Below are positions 38,373 to 47,572 of a DNA stretch of 64,000 nt, in pieces (the stretch's first letter is position 1; each line of letters opens with the position of its first letter). Position numbers and translations under genes: made by a program. The stretch is from Sedimentisphaerales bacterium (GTDB lineage: Bacteria; Planctomycetota; Phycisphaerae; Sedimentisphaerales; Anaerobacaceae): assembly GCA_963708075.1 (NCBI GenBank), contig OY970194.1, positions 3,072,001 through 3,136,000 of the forward strand. The letters are read 5' to 3'. Under the pieces are notes generated by a model, which worked only from the letters and a program-made list of their open reading frames with translations, was not told the origin of the DNA and did no database searches.

Positions 38373-38466
38373 GGGTGGCAGCGACAAGCGGAGTCTTCGG
38401 AGCTTGCCGATGGCGTGCAGATGCAGACGCGAGCCATCGGCAAACCGGCGCTTGCCGCTGCCACCC
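38373..38466. repeat. 94-bp palindromic element, copy 2 (inverted relative to 18563-18656)
   Basis: Same termini, length and GGAGTCTTCGGAG side loop; the differences lie mostly in the central loop. Confidence 0.8.
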
Positions 38467-38520
38467 ATATCTACATGATCAGGGTAACCGGAGCACCAGG
38501 GTGTGTGTTCAGCCCATGGT

Positions 38521-39063
38521 TCACTGTCTGCCTCGCGGTTTGGCCGCGGCTTTCGTCCGCCAGTAACGCTTTCCCTGGAGGAAGGCGGCGGTGCCGTGGC
38601 GTTTGATCTTATTCAGGTTGCGGATGTTGGCGTCGCCGTGACCGGGCCTGAGGAAGGCGAGCTTCGTGCAGGTCTTGAACGTGTCGCACTGCCAGCAGCC
38701 GTCGAATCCCTTGTCCTGATTGCACATGCGGATCTCGCAAAGCGGCGGCCCGCCGTTGCCCCGACAGGCCTTCTTGCAGCGCATCTTCGGCAACGTCTCC
38801 AGCACGGCACAGCATTGCGGGAAACCTTTGAAGGCCTTGAAGAACGGGATCTTTGAAAGGGCCTTCGCCAGGTCCGCAAACCGTTCACGCTCGAGTTCCT
38901 TGCGCAAGTCCCGGGCCAGATTGGCGATCGTTCCCTTGTAGCCGGAGCAATCGCCGCAATACAGGCCGCAGTACGAAATCAGTTTCTCCCCATCGCTCAT
39001 AACGCCCCTATCCTCGGCCGAATTCCCGCGCGCCGATTTCCGTTTCTTCGTTTTCACCGCCAT
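38521..39063 (-). CDS. DUF3795-like cysteine-rich metal-binding protein
   Basis: YCGLYCGDC...C..CR....CEIR.C...KG..GCWQC..F..C; the start may be 39000. Confidence 0.8.
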   Translation of the reverse strand: MAVKTKKRKSARGNSAEDRGVMSDGEKLISYCGLYCGDCSGYKGTIANLARDLRKELERERFADLAKALSKIPFFKAFKGFPQCCAVLETLPKMRCKKACRGNGGPPLCEIRMCNQDKGFDGCWQCDTFKTCTKLAFLRPGHGDANIRNLNKIKRHGTAAFLQGKRYWRTKAAAKPRGRQ

Positions 39064-39257
39064 CTCTCGACCTCCATGTACAGGTAGAGCACACGCAAAT
39101 TGAATCCAGGAGCCACGATGATGCGTCCCGAACATACGTACATCATGGTAAACGCGTCGGGGATTGATTGCAAGCCCGCGAGTGCTGCTGTGGGGAACAT
39201 CTCCCTTTGTCACGCTGAACGCATGCAAGATGATGCATACGCGGGCGCCACGCTCAC

Positions 39258-40236
39258 CTATACCTTCGCTCCGGCGAACTGCCTGGTGTACGCGGCGTTC
39301 TCGGCAATCTGATCCTGATAGCGCGGATACATGCCGACGATCACACCGTCGGTGGACTTGAGATGTTCGAACGCGAACTTGAATGCCTCCTGCACCGACT
39401 GCTTGTCACTGCACCTGCGACCGGCGGCAAGGATCTTGTACCCCAGGCAGGGCTGGCTGATCTGCCGGGCTACCGCGGTCATCGTCGCCGGATCGGAGGC
39501 GAAGAACGAGTAACCGATCTGGAGCGTGGCGACGGGCGGCATCTTCGCCATCTCCTCCTCTGATCTCGTAAGGTGGTAGAAGCAGGTCATGAAGAAATCG
39601 ACCTCCCAGCCCTCATCGGCGATCCGCTTGACGCAGTCCGGATTATGGGCCGAGAACCCCGGCCAGCACGCCCGCATCGTGCACACGCTTCACGAAGTCC
39701 TGGACTTGCCGGCTTTTGCCTTGCCCAAACAGCCGGTCGGTGACCCCGCCATGATGGACGATGGCGATGGGCTGAGTATCCCGGATCACCTGCTCAATCG
39801 CACCGCTCGGCGCCTCGCTGGAATGGAGGCAGATGAACTTCATCTTCGATCCCCGCTCTCGCAGGGTTCGAGTGACGCCGGTCATCAGCTCCGGATTGCT
39901 GAACTGGTGGGTATTGATGCCCGCGCGCTCGCAGTTCCCAAGGAGTTCGACGACCCGCTCGGGAGTGAAGTACTCCCGCATCTGCCGGTCCATGATGGGA
40001 CCCAGGTAGGAATATCCGCTGATGGGATTTGAGCCCACGATCAGCCGGCTGACCTGATGCTCGCCTAATCGAATCATCGGCAGCGGCACCTCGGGGGAAT
40101 CAGGGGCTGTCGGCGGAGTCTCCCGTGCCCGCGATATCCCGCCGCCGGCCAGGGCCGATCCGGCTACACCCAGCGAAAACTGTGAGAGGAACTCCCTGCG
40201 AGAGGTCGCTCTTGCGTCGTGCTCATCCGAGTGCAT
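39258..40236 (-). CDS. Tat-exported aldo/keto-reductase-fold protein (apparent frameshift near 39652-39658)
   Basis: SRREFL twin-arginine signal; LP.IRLG...VSRLIVG.NP; GVSAHNP across the shift; YKILAAGR. Confidence 0.75.
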
Positions 40237-40320
40237 ATCAGACTCCTCAGCCAGTCCCGGGACACCGTTTTCTCAAAGCACCCCGTGTCATTGTAGGCCC
40301 AGACTGGCCGGAGTCCAGAG

Positions 40321-40361
40321 AAAATGCCGAGGCCCACGCCTTGCACAGGCATGGGCCTCGG
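40321..40361 (-). terminator. Rho-independent terminator downstream of the five-gene LamG array
   Basis: Minus strand CCGAGGCCCATGCCT-gtgca-AGGCGTGGGCCTCGG-CATTTT. Confidence 0.65.
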
Positions 40362-40469
40362 TTCTGAATATGCTTGCCGGTGGAGGTGCACCGTTTCGCA
40401 CCTCCCCAGTCCCGGACACCGCCTCATCACGATAAAACAGCAATCAGGCGATCGCCCGGCATCGTTGAC

Positions 40470-43400
40470 TTACGGCTTGACCACGCGGACGCTGTCAATG
40501 AGGACCATGCCCGCGCCATCCGCCTGCGGATTGTTCCGGTCGCCGACGCCGATGAACATCTTCGTGACGGCCGACACATCCACACCCTTGAACTCACTGA
40601 GCGGAATGACCCACTTCGTCCAATCGCCCTGGACTGCACCGTTCGGGTAGGTGGCGACCGCCACTTTGCCCGACTTGTCCTGGAGGGCCACGTAGAGGTC
40701 ACCCGCGTCGTTGGCCGGGTTGGGCTGGACCGCGGTGCCCATGTCGAAAACAGTCCAGTCCCCTGTGACAGTCCCGGTGGTCGTCACATCGGAAATCTGG
40801 ACGGTGGTGGTGAGGCCACCCCAGCCGGCAATGCCGGCGGCAGCGCTAGCGGCGTAGCCTGCGTTATTGCTGGTGATCGCCAAGCCGATGTAGACGCTGC
40901 TGCCCATGGCGATCGTCTGCGGGTTCGGCGAGGCCGTGGCGGCCTGCTTCGGCACCAGAGTCCAAGTCGTGCCGTCCGTGGAGTATGAACCGGTGAAGTC
41001 GTTGCCCTTGCGCTCCAGTTTGAGCCAGACGGGCAGCGGAACCGCGCCGATCGGGGTGTAGCCCGACACCGCGGCGACATTTGTGCCAGGTCGGTTCTCG
41101 AACGCGATGCGCCCATTGCCCAGAGTGATCGTGTGAGCGCGGGCGGATGTCGCATCCAGGGACTCGCGGATCTGGATACCGCACTTCGTCCAGTTCGCGG
41201 TGAATGTCAGGCTGTTGACCTTGAAGATCATGGAGCCATCGCCGTCCAGCTTCTTGTAGACATAGCGGAAGTAGTCGTTGTTGGTGCCGGAGATGTCTCC
41301 GCTGCAGGCGCTCGCGGTCAGGCTGCCGTCCGCGTTCTGCACGAACTTCTGCGGTCTGCCTCTGAACCACAGGCTCAGGTCCGTCATGCCGCCCGTCGTC
41401 AGGTCCTGGGGATCTGTCCAGGTCCGCACAGCCTCGGAGTAGTACTTCTTGTCGGCACTGGCGTTGTCGTAGTAGAGCGGCATCGACTGGAAGTTGCCAT
41501 TGTCGAACACCATCGACTCGAGGTTGTCGTAGGTGAAGACGGTCTCCATGATCGCCTTCCCGTAGAACGGGTTGTTGTCCTTCGTCCAGACGTCATGGCC
41601 GACGCCGGCGCCCGTTCCGTTGCCCGGATTACCCTGCGGGAAGAAGTCATCCGCCGAGTATCCGTACCCGTCGATCCAGGACTGGAAGGCGCGGGTCGGT
41701 GAGTCATTCGTGTAACTCTCGAAGTTGTCGACGATGAGGTAATTCGGGACTGTGAACTGCCACACGTTGCCCTTGTGGATGGTTGTCCCGTCGGCCTCAA
41801 CCTCATCGACGCGCCAGAAGTAGGAGCCGCCGCCGAACTCGACCAGGCCGGCCGTGGAGAAGGTTGTCCCGGCCTGCTGGCCCTTGTACTCAGGTGAGCT
41901 GACATCGGCGGCTTTCACAGCCGCTTTGTCCTTGCCGAAGTACACATTGTGCTTGGCTGCGGTCGTTCCGGGCGCCCAGCTCAGCTCCGCAGCGTCGAGG
42001 ACATCTGCCATGGCGGCGCGTGCCGGCGCCGGATTGGAGGCGACCAGCGGATCGCCCTGCATGACCTGTGCGATCTCTTCGTCGGTGAGAGCCTTGTTGT
42101 AGACCCGCACATCGTCCATCCACCCAAGGAAGTGATACGAGGCGGCGTACGACTCCCGGCCGATCCTGAAGTTCCCGTTGGAAGCGCCGAGCACCTCGGC
42201 CGTCAACAGCTCCCTATCCAACTTACCGTTGACATACGTTCGGATGAACTGGCCCTTGCTGTAGACACCGACCACGTGGTACCAGACGCCCGGAGTGAGA
42301 ACCGTCCCACCCGCCACGCTTCGGTTGAGGAACGACGCGTTGGCGGCGTTCTTGATCTCGAGTTCCGCCTTGTTGACGTTGATGCCGAACTTGAAGCCGC
42401 CGGTGGAGTTGTTCTGGTTGCTGGCGATCTTGGCATCGGCCGTGTAAATGCCGGTCCTGACCCAGGCGGCAATCGTGACGGAGCCGGAGTAATTGAACGT
42501 TGCATCCGTGCCGCAATCCACATGGTCATCGATGCCATCGAAGCGCAGCGCGTCGCCGGCAAGCCCCTCGTCCCACTGCACGCCGTTCATGAGCGTGCCG
42601 TGATGGCCAAAGCCGGAGGAGTCGATAGCCACGCCGGCGTGCTCATCGTCCAGCTTCCACCAGCCAATCATGTTGGGGTCTGCCTTCGCCATCTCCGGAC
42701 GCACGGTGAAGCTCCAGACCTCGCCGGCCGTTGTCGCAACGCCGATCTCATCCACGCGCCAATAATAGGTCGTGCCGGCCTGCAGCCCGGTGGGCGTGTA
42801 GGTCGCCTCTGCCTGTGCGGCAGATTTCTTTGTCTCGGCCGCACCGGCAGCAACGGCGGCGCGGTCAGTCCCGAAGTACACATCGCGACTCAGTGCGGTC
42901 ATCCCCGGCGTCCATTCCAGTACCACGTCAGGAGCGACATATCCAGCCCCATTGGCGGGCTTCGGCGACGATGACGCCTCCGATGCCGCGGTGAAACTCC
43001 ACACGTTGCCGGTGCCGACCGTAGCGTCGGCGGACACTTCGTCGATTCGCCAGTAGTAGGTCGTGCCCGGTACGATCGCGCAGATGTATGCATTCTGTGC
43101 CAGCGGCTGCTGACCCTTATACTCAGGCGAGCTGGTCGTGGCGGCGCTGACGGCGGCTGCATCGGTTCCAAAGTACACCTGATGTGCCGCGGCAACACCA
43201 GGGGCGTCCCACTTCACTATCGGCATGGTCACCCCTGCGGCGCCATTCGCCGGGTTGGGATTGGTGGCTTTCGGACCCCCACCCACGTACTCCGCCACGG
43301 CGATGATCTCTGCCATGGGCGGAAGAACGGTCCCCGTCACGTCCATGTCCCAAATGCGCACAAATCCGCGGAACGTATCGCCGGCGACATAGTGCTTCAC

Positions 43401-44006
43401 CCAAGCGGCGGCGGCGCCCACTTCATCCGTCGCCAGAATCTCCAGATCCGCAGCCGCGTCGGGCTTCGCCGGACGCGCCGACGCCCACACTGTCGTCAGA
43501 CCCCACGCGGAGCCGGCAGCGGTGAACTTGACGTTCTTCTTGGCGTCGCGTTTTCCACCGGCCGTGTCCAATCCAATGACGGCGGGCCCACCGGCATCGG
43601 CCCACTGTCCGGCCGAGTAGTTCCCGAAGGAGACGTTATAGAACGGAATATCGCCATAGTGCACGATCTTCCCGCCCGCATCGAGATATCGTCGAAGCGT
43701 ACAGTTGGCATCCCGCGTCTCCACCACGTTATCCGGGGCGCGATCCTTGCAGAGCACGACCACACTGTACTTCTTGTCGGCGATCCGGGCATCCATCCAC
43801 GCCTTGAGCTGATCGGCGTTGAGGATCTGGTAACCCGCCTTCTCCAAGCCGTCTCGAATGACCACCGAGACGACCTCGTCGGCCCAGCCCGTCGTATAGC
43901 GTGCATCCCAGTAGGCGGCGCGGATCCACTCGACCTGCGCGGCCTGAGCTGCGACCGGGCTTAACACCCATGCCAGTAGAACCATACATAACAGTTTCTT
44001 ACCCAT
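40470..44006 (-). CDS. Large secreted modular protein: unknown N-terminal alpha/beta domain, FN3-like YYWRVDE modules, one LamG domain, conserved C-terminal domain with a ConA-like insert
   Basis: 1178-aa ORF with signal peptide; GWWKLDD...ALRFDG.DD...WYHVVGVY...G.MDDVRVYNKALT. Confidence 0.85.
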   Translation of the reverse strand: MGKKLLCMVLLAWVLSPVAAQAAQVEWIRAAYWDARYTTGWADEVVSVVIRDGLEKAGYQILNADQLKAWMDARIADKKYSVVVLCKDRAPDNVVETRDANCTLRRYLDAGGKIVHYGDIPFYNVSFGNYSAGQWADAGGPAVIGLDTAGGKRDAKKNVKFTAAGSAWGLTTVWASARPAKPDAAADLEILATDEVGAAAAWVKHYVAGDTFRGFVRIWDMDVTGTVLPPMAEIIAVAEYVGGGPKATNPNPANGAAGVTMPIVKWDAPGVAAAHQVYFGTDAAAVSAATTSSPEYKGQQPLAQNAYICAIVPGTTYYWRIDEVSADATVGTGNVWSFTAASEASSSPKPANGAGYVAPDVVLEWTPGMTALSRDVYFGTDRAAVAAGAAETKKSAAQAEATYTPTGLQAGTTYYWRVDEIGVATTAGEVWSFTVRPEMAKADPNMIGWWKLDDEHAGVAIDSSGFGHHGTLMNGVQWDEGLAGDALRFDGIDDHVDCGTDATFNYSGSVTIAAWVRTGIYTADAKIASNQNNSTGGFKFGINVNKAELEIKNAANASFLNRSVAGGTVLTPGVWYHVVGVYSKGQFIRTYVNGKLDRELLTAEVLGASNGNFRIGRESYAASYHFLGWMDDVRVYNKALTDEEIAQVMQGDPLVASNPAPARAAMADVLDAAELSWAPGTTAAKHNVYFGKDKAAVKAADVSSPEYKGQQAGTTFSTAGLVEFGGGSYFWRVDEVEADGTTIHKGNVWQFTVPNYLIVDNFESYTNDSPTRAFQSWIDGYGYSADDFFPQGNPGNGTGAGVGHDVWTKDNNPFYGKAIMETVFTYDNLESMVFDNGNFQSMPLYYDNASADKKYYSEAVRTWTDPQDLTTGGMTDLSLWFRGRPQKFVQNADGSLTASACSGDISGTNNDYFRYVYKKLDGDGSMIFKVNSLTFTANWTKCGIQIRESLDATSARAHTITLGNGRIAFENRPGTNVAAVSGYTPIGAVPLPVWLKLERKGNDFTGSYSTDGTTWTLVPKQAATASPNPQTIAMGSSVYIGLAITSNNAGYAASAAAGIAGWGGLTTTVQISDVTTTGTVTGDWTVFDMGTAVQPNPANDAGDLYVALQDKSGKVAVATYPNGAVQGDWTKWVIPLSEFKGVDVSAVTKMFIGVGDRNNPQADGAGMVLIDSVRVVKP

Positions 44007-44056
44007 AACAGAGCCCCTTTCAAAGAAATTGATGTTTCTAATACGTCACAATCTTG

Positions 44057-47000
44057 TCACGGCTTAATCACATGAATGTCATCGATGTAGACCAACCCGG
44101 TACCATCCGGCTGTGGAGTGCTCCGGCTGCCCACGCCGATATACATCTTCGCAACAGCCGACACATCCACTCCCGTGAACTGGCTCAGCGGGATCTTCCA
44201 CTGTGTCCAGTCGATCACAGCGGTGCCGTCCGGCCAGGTCACCACGCCCACTTTACCGGACTTGTCCTGGATAGCCACATACAGGTCATCCGCATCGTTA
44301 GCGGGGTTGATCTGGGCAGCGGTGCCGACATCCGCGACCGTCCAGTCGCCTGTGACGGCCCCGGTGGTCGTGACGTTGGACATATTGGCGATGGCGGTCG
44401 AGACCGTGTTGTTGCTCGCCACGCACAGGCCGATGTACACGGTGCCGGTCATGGTGATCGTCTGCGGGTTCGGCCCCGTCCCGCCGCCGCCATTGGCGTT
44501 CGAAACCTGGGTCCAGTTGGTGCCATCCTTGGAGTAGAAGCCGGTGAACTGGTTGCCTTTACGCTCCACCTTGAGCCAGACGGGCAGCGGGACTGCGCCG
44601 ACAGCGGTGTACACGGATACGGAGGCCGCGCCGGTCGTCGGACGATTCTCGAATGCCACGCGGCCGATCGGCGTCGTGATCATGTGGGCGCGGGTGGACG
44701 TCACGTCCAGCGTCTCACGAATCATGACGCCGGCCTTCGCCCACTGGTGCGTGGCGGTCAGATCACTGACCTTGACAATCATCGAGCCGTCACCGTCCAG
44801 CCGCTTGTAGACGAAGCGGAAGAAGTCGTTGCTGGTGCTGGAGATGTCTCCGCTTGTGGAGGTCACGACGTAGCTGCCGTCCGGTTTCTGCAGGAATTTC
44901 ACCGGCCTGCCTTTGAACCACAGGCTCAGATCCGTAGCGCCGCCCGCCGTCAGGTCCTGCGGCGTGGTCCAGCTCCGCTCGGTCTCAGAATAATACTTCG
45001 TATCGGCACTATCGTTATAGTAGTACAGAGGCATGGACTGAGCGCCACCGTGGACGAAGTTCTTCTCCGCGATGGAGGTGAACGTCGTACCGTCCGCCCA
45101 GATGTCATGTCCGACGCCGGAGCCTGTGCCGTTGCCGGCGTAGCCCTTGGGGAAGAACTCATCGACCGAATAGCCGTAGCCGTCGAGCCACGTCTGGAAC
45201 ATGCGGTTCGGGGAATCATTCGCATAACTCTCGAACTCGTCCACGATAAGATACTCAGGCACGACGAACTTCCAGATATTGCCCTTGTGGATGGTCGCTC
45301 CGTCGGCCTCGACCTCATCGATGCGCCAGAAGTAGGAGCCGCCGCCCATCGCGACCAGTCCGGCGAGGGAATAGCTGGTTGCAGACTGCCGGCCCTTGTA
45401 TTCGGGGGCGCTGGAATCAGCGGTTTTCACAGCCTCCCCGTCCGTGCCGAAGTACACGTCGTGCCTGGCCGCCCCTGTACCGGCAGACCAGCTCAGCTCG
45501 GCCGCATCGCGGATATCCACCGTGCTGCTGGTGACCGGTTGCGGATCGCGGGCCTGCAGCGGGTCACCCTGCATGACCTCTGCGATCTCCGTTTCGCTCA
45601 GCGCCCGGTTATAAATCCGCACATCGTCGATTAACCCAAGCCAGAAGTATGAATTGGCGTAAGACTCGCGGCCGATCATGAAGGCTCCATTGGAAACACC
45701 CACGACATCGGTTGTCGGGAGCTCCCGGTCCAGCGTGCCGTTGATGTACGTCCGGATGTGCTGACCCATGCTGTAGACACCGGCAACATGGTACCAAATC
45801 CCCTGCTGGATCGTCGTTCCGCCCGCGACGCTGCGGTTCAGGATCGCTGGTGTGTTAGCGGCTGGCCGGATCTCGAACTCCGCCTTGTTTTGATAGACAC
45901 CCAGCTTGTAGCCGCCGGTGGAATTGTTCTGGTTGCTGGCAATCTTTCCGTCATTGCCGGTTGCCCCTGATTTGACCCACGCGGTAATCGTTACCGAGCC
46001 GGAGAAAGCGAAGGCCGCATCCTGGCCGCAATTCAAATAGTCATCGAAGCCATCGAAGCGAAGCGCGTCACCGGCATACCCCTCAACCCATTGCGGACCA
46101 CCCACGAGCGTGCCATGGTGATCCCAGCCCGAGAAATCCACGGCCACACCGGCGTTCTCGTCCTCCATCTTCCACCAGCCAATCAGGCTGGGATCCGCCT
46201 TCGCAATCACCGGGCACACCGTAAAGCTCCAGATCTGGCCCGGCACTGTGACAGCGGCCACCTCGTCCACGCGCCAGTAATAGGTCACACCCTGCTGCAA
46301 TCCGGCAGGCGTGTAGGACATCCCCGGTTGCGCGCTGGCTTTCCTGGTCTCCGCCGCCCCGGCCTCGACGGCGGCACGATCCGTCCCGAAGTACACATCG
46401 TGGCCCATCATTGCGGACGCTCCCGGCATCCACTCAAGCGTGGCGTCGGGCGAAACATAGCTGGCCCCGTCCGCGGGCTTCGGCGCCCACGCGGCCTGCG
46501 ACGCCGACGTGAAGCTCCACACGCTGCCGGTGAGCACGGTGCCGTCGGCAAGCATTTCGTCGATTCGCCAGTAGTAGGTTGTTCCGGGCACGAGCGCAAA
46601 GACGTACGCATTCTGTACGATCGACTGCTGGCCCTTGAATTCAGGGGAGCTGCGGTTGGCGGCATTGACGGCGGCCTGGTCTGTTCCGAAGTACACGTGA
46701 TGGGCTGTCGCATTCTTGACTGCATCCCACTGCACCGCCGGCATGCCCACGCCTGTGGCGCCGTTCGCCGGGCGAGGGTTAAATGCCTTGGGGCCCGAGT
46801 ACTCCGCCACGCGTATGATCTCTTCCACCGTGGGCCGCACGGTCGTCGTCACGTTGAAGTCCCAAATCCGCACGAATCCGCGGAATGTGTCACCGGCCAC
46901 GTAGTGCTTTACCCATGCCGCAGCGTTGCCCGCGTTGTCCGTCGCCAGAATCGTCCAATTGGTGGTCACCGTCGGAAGCGCCGGACGCACCGATTGCCAC

Positions 47001-47518
47001 GTCTGAGTCAAACCCCATTCCGTTCCGGAGGCTGTCAGCTTGACCACCTGGTTGGTGTCCCGTGGGGCGCTCGCCGTGTTGAACCCCAGTATGTTCGGTG
47101 CTCCATAGTCGCCCCATGAGGTGTTCGTGCCATTCACGTGTCCCTGGTTGTAGAGCGGAATATCGGCATAGTACACGACTTTCCCACCCGCATCCAGGTA
47201 CCGTCGAAGCGTACAACTGGCGCTCAACGTCTCGGTCACGGTATCGGGAATGACATCCCGGCAAAGGACGACCACACTGTACTTCCCGTCGGCAATCCGG
47301 GCGTCCATCCACGCCTTGAGCTGACCGGCGTCGAGGACCTCATAGCCGGCCGCCTGCAAACCATCCCGAATCGACGCCGTGATAATCTCATCCGCCCAGT
47401 TCGTCAAAACGCGCGCATCCCAGTAGGCTGCGCGGACCCACTCGACCTGCGCCGCCTCGGCCGTGACGGGGCTGAACACCCATGCAAAGAGAATCAGACA
47501 CACCAGCTTCCTACACAT
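44057..47518 (-). CDS. Large secreted modular LamG protein, close paralog of 40470..44006
   Basis: Same architecture and the same AQVEW.RAAYWDAR N-terminal domain; start 47518 or 47524. Confidence 0.85.
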   Translation of the reverse strand: MCRKLVCLILFAWVFSPVTAEAAQVEWVRAAYWDARVLTNWADEIITASIRDGLQAAGYEVLDAGQLKAWMDARIADGKYSVVVLCRDVIPDTVTETLSASCTLRRYLDAGGKVVYYADIPLYNQGHVNGTNTSWGDYGAPNILGFNTASAPRDTNQVVKLTASGTEWGLTQTWQSVRPALPTVTTNWTILATDNAGNAAAWVKHYVAGDTFRGFVRIWDFNVTTTVRPTVEEIIRVAEYSGPKAFNPRPANGATGVGMPAVQWDAVKNATAHHVYFGTDQAAVNAANRSSPEFKGQQSIVQNAYVFALVPGTTYYWRIDEMLADGTVLTGSVWSFTSASQAAWAPKPADGASYVSPDATLEWMPGASAMMGHDVYFGTDRAAVEAGAAETRKASAQPGMSYTPAGLQQGVTYYWRVDEVAAVTVPGQIWSFTVCPVIAKADPSLIGWWKMEDENAGVAVDFSGWDHHGTLVGGPQWVEGYAGDALRFDGFDDYLNCGQDAAFAFSGSVTITAWVKSGATGNDGKIASNQNNSTGGYKLGVYQNKAEFEIRPAANTPAILNRSVAGGTTIQQGIWYHVAGVYSMGQHIRTYINGTLDRELPTTDVVGVSNGAFMIGRESYANSYFWLGLIDDVRIYNRALSETEIAEVMQGDPLQARDPQPVTSSTVDIRDAAELSWSAGTGAARHDVYFGTDGEAVKTADSSAPEYKGRQSATSYSLAGLVAMGGGSYFWRIDEVEADGATIHKGNIWKFVVPEYLIVDEFESYANDSPNRMFQTWLDGYGYSVDEFFPKGYAGNGTGSGVGHDIWADGTTFTSIAEKNFVHGGAQSMPLYYYNDSADTKYYSETERSWTTPQDLTAGGATDLSLWFKGRPVKFLQKPDGSYVVTSTSGDISSTSNDFFRFVYKRLDGDGSMIVKVSDLTATHQWAKAGVMIRETLDVTSTRAHMITTPIGRVAFENRPTTGAASVSVYTAVGAVPLPVWLKVERKGNQFTGFYSKDGTNWTQVSNANGGGGTGPNPQTITMTGTVYIGLCVASNNTVSTAIANMSNVTTTGAVTGDWTVADVGTAAQINPANDADDLYVAIQDKSGKVGVVTWPDGTAVIDWTQWKIPLSQFTGVDVSAVAKMYIGVGSRSTPQPDGTGLVYIDDIHVIKP

Positions 47519-47572
47519 GACCATGCCCTTTCAAGACAGGTGGCTCCTGTTTCTGCAATCCCGCGACTCGTG

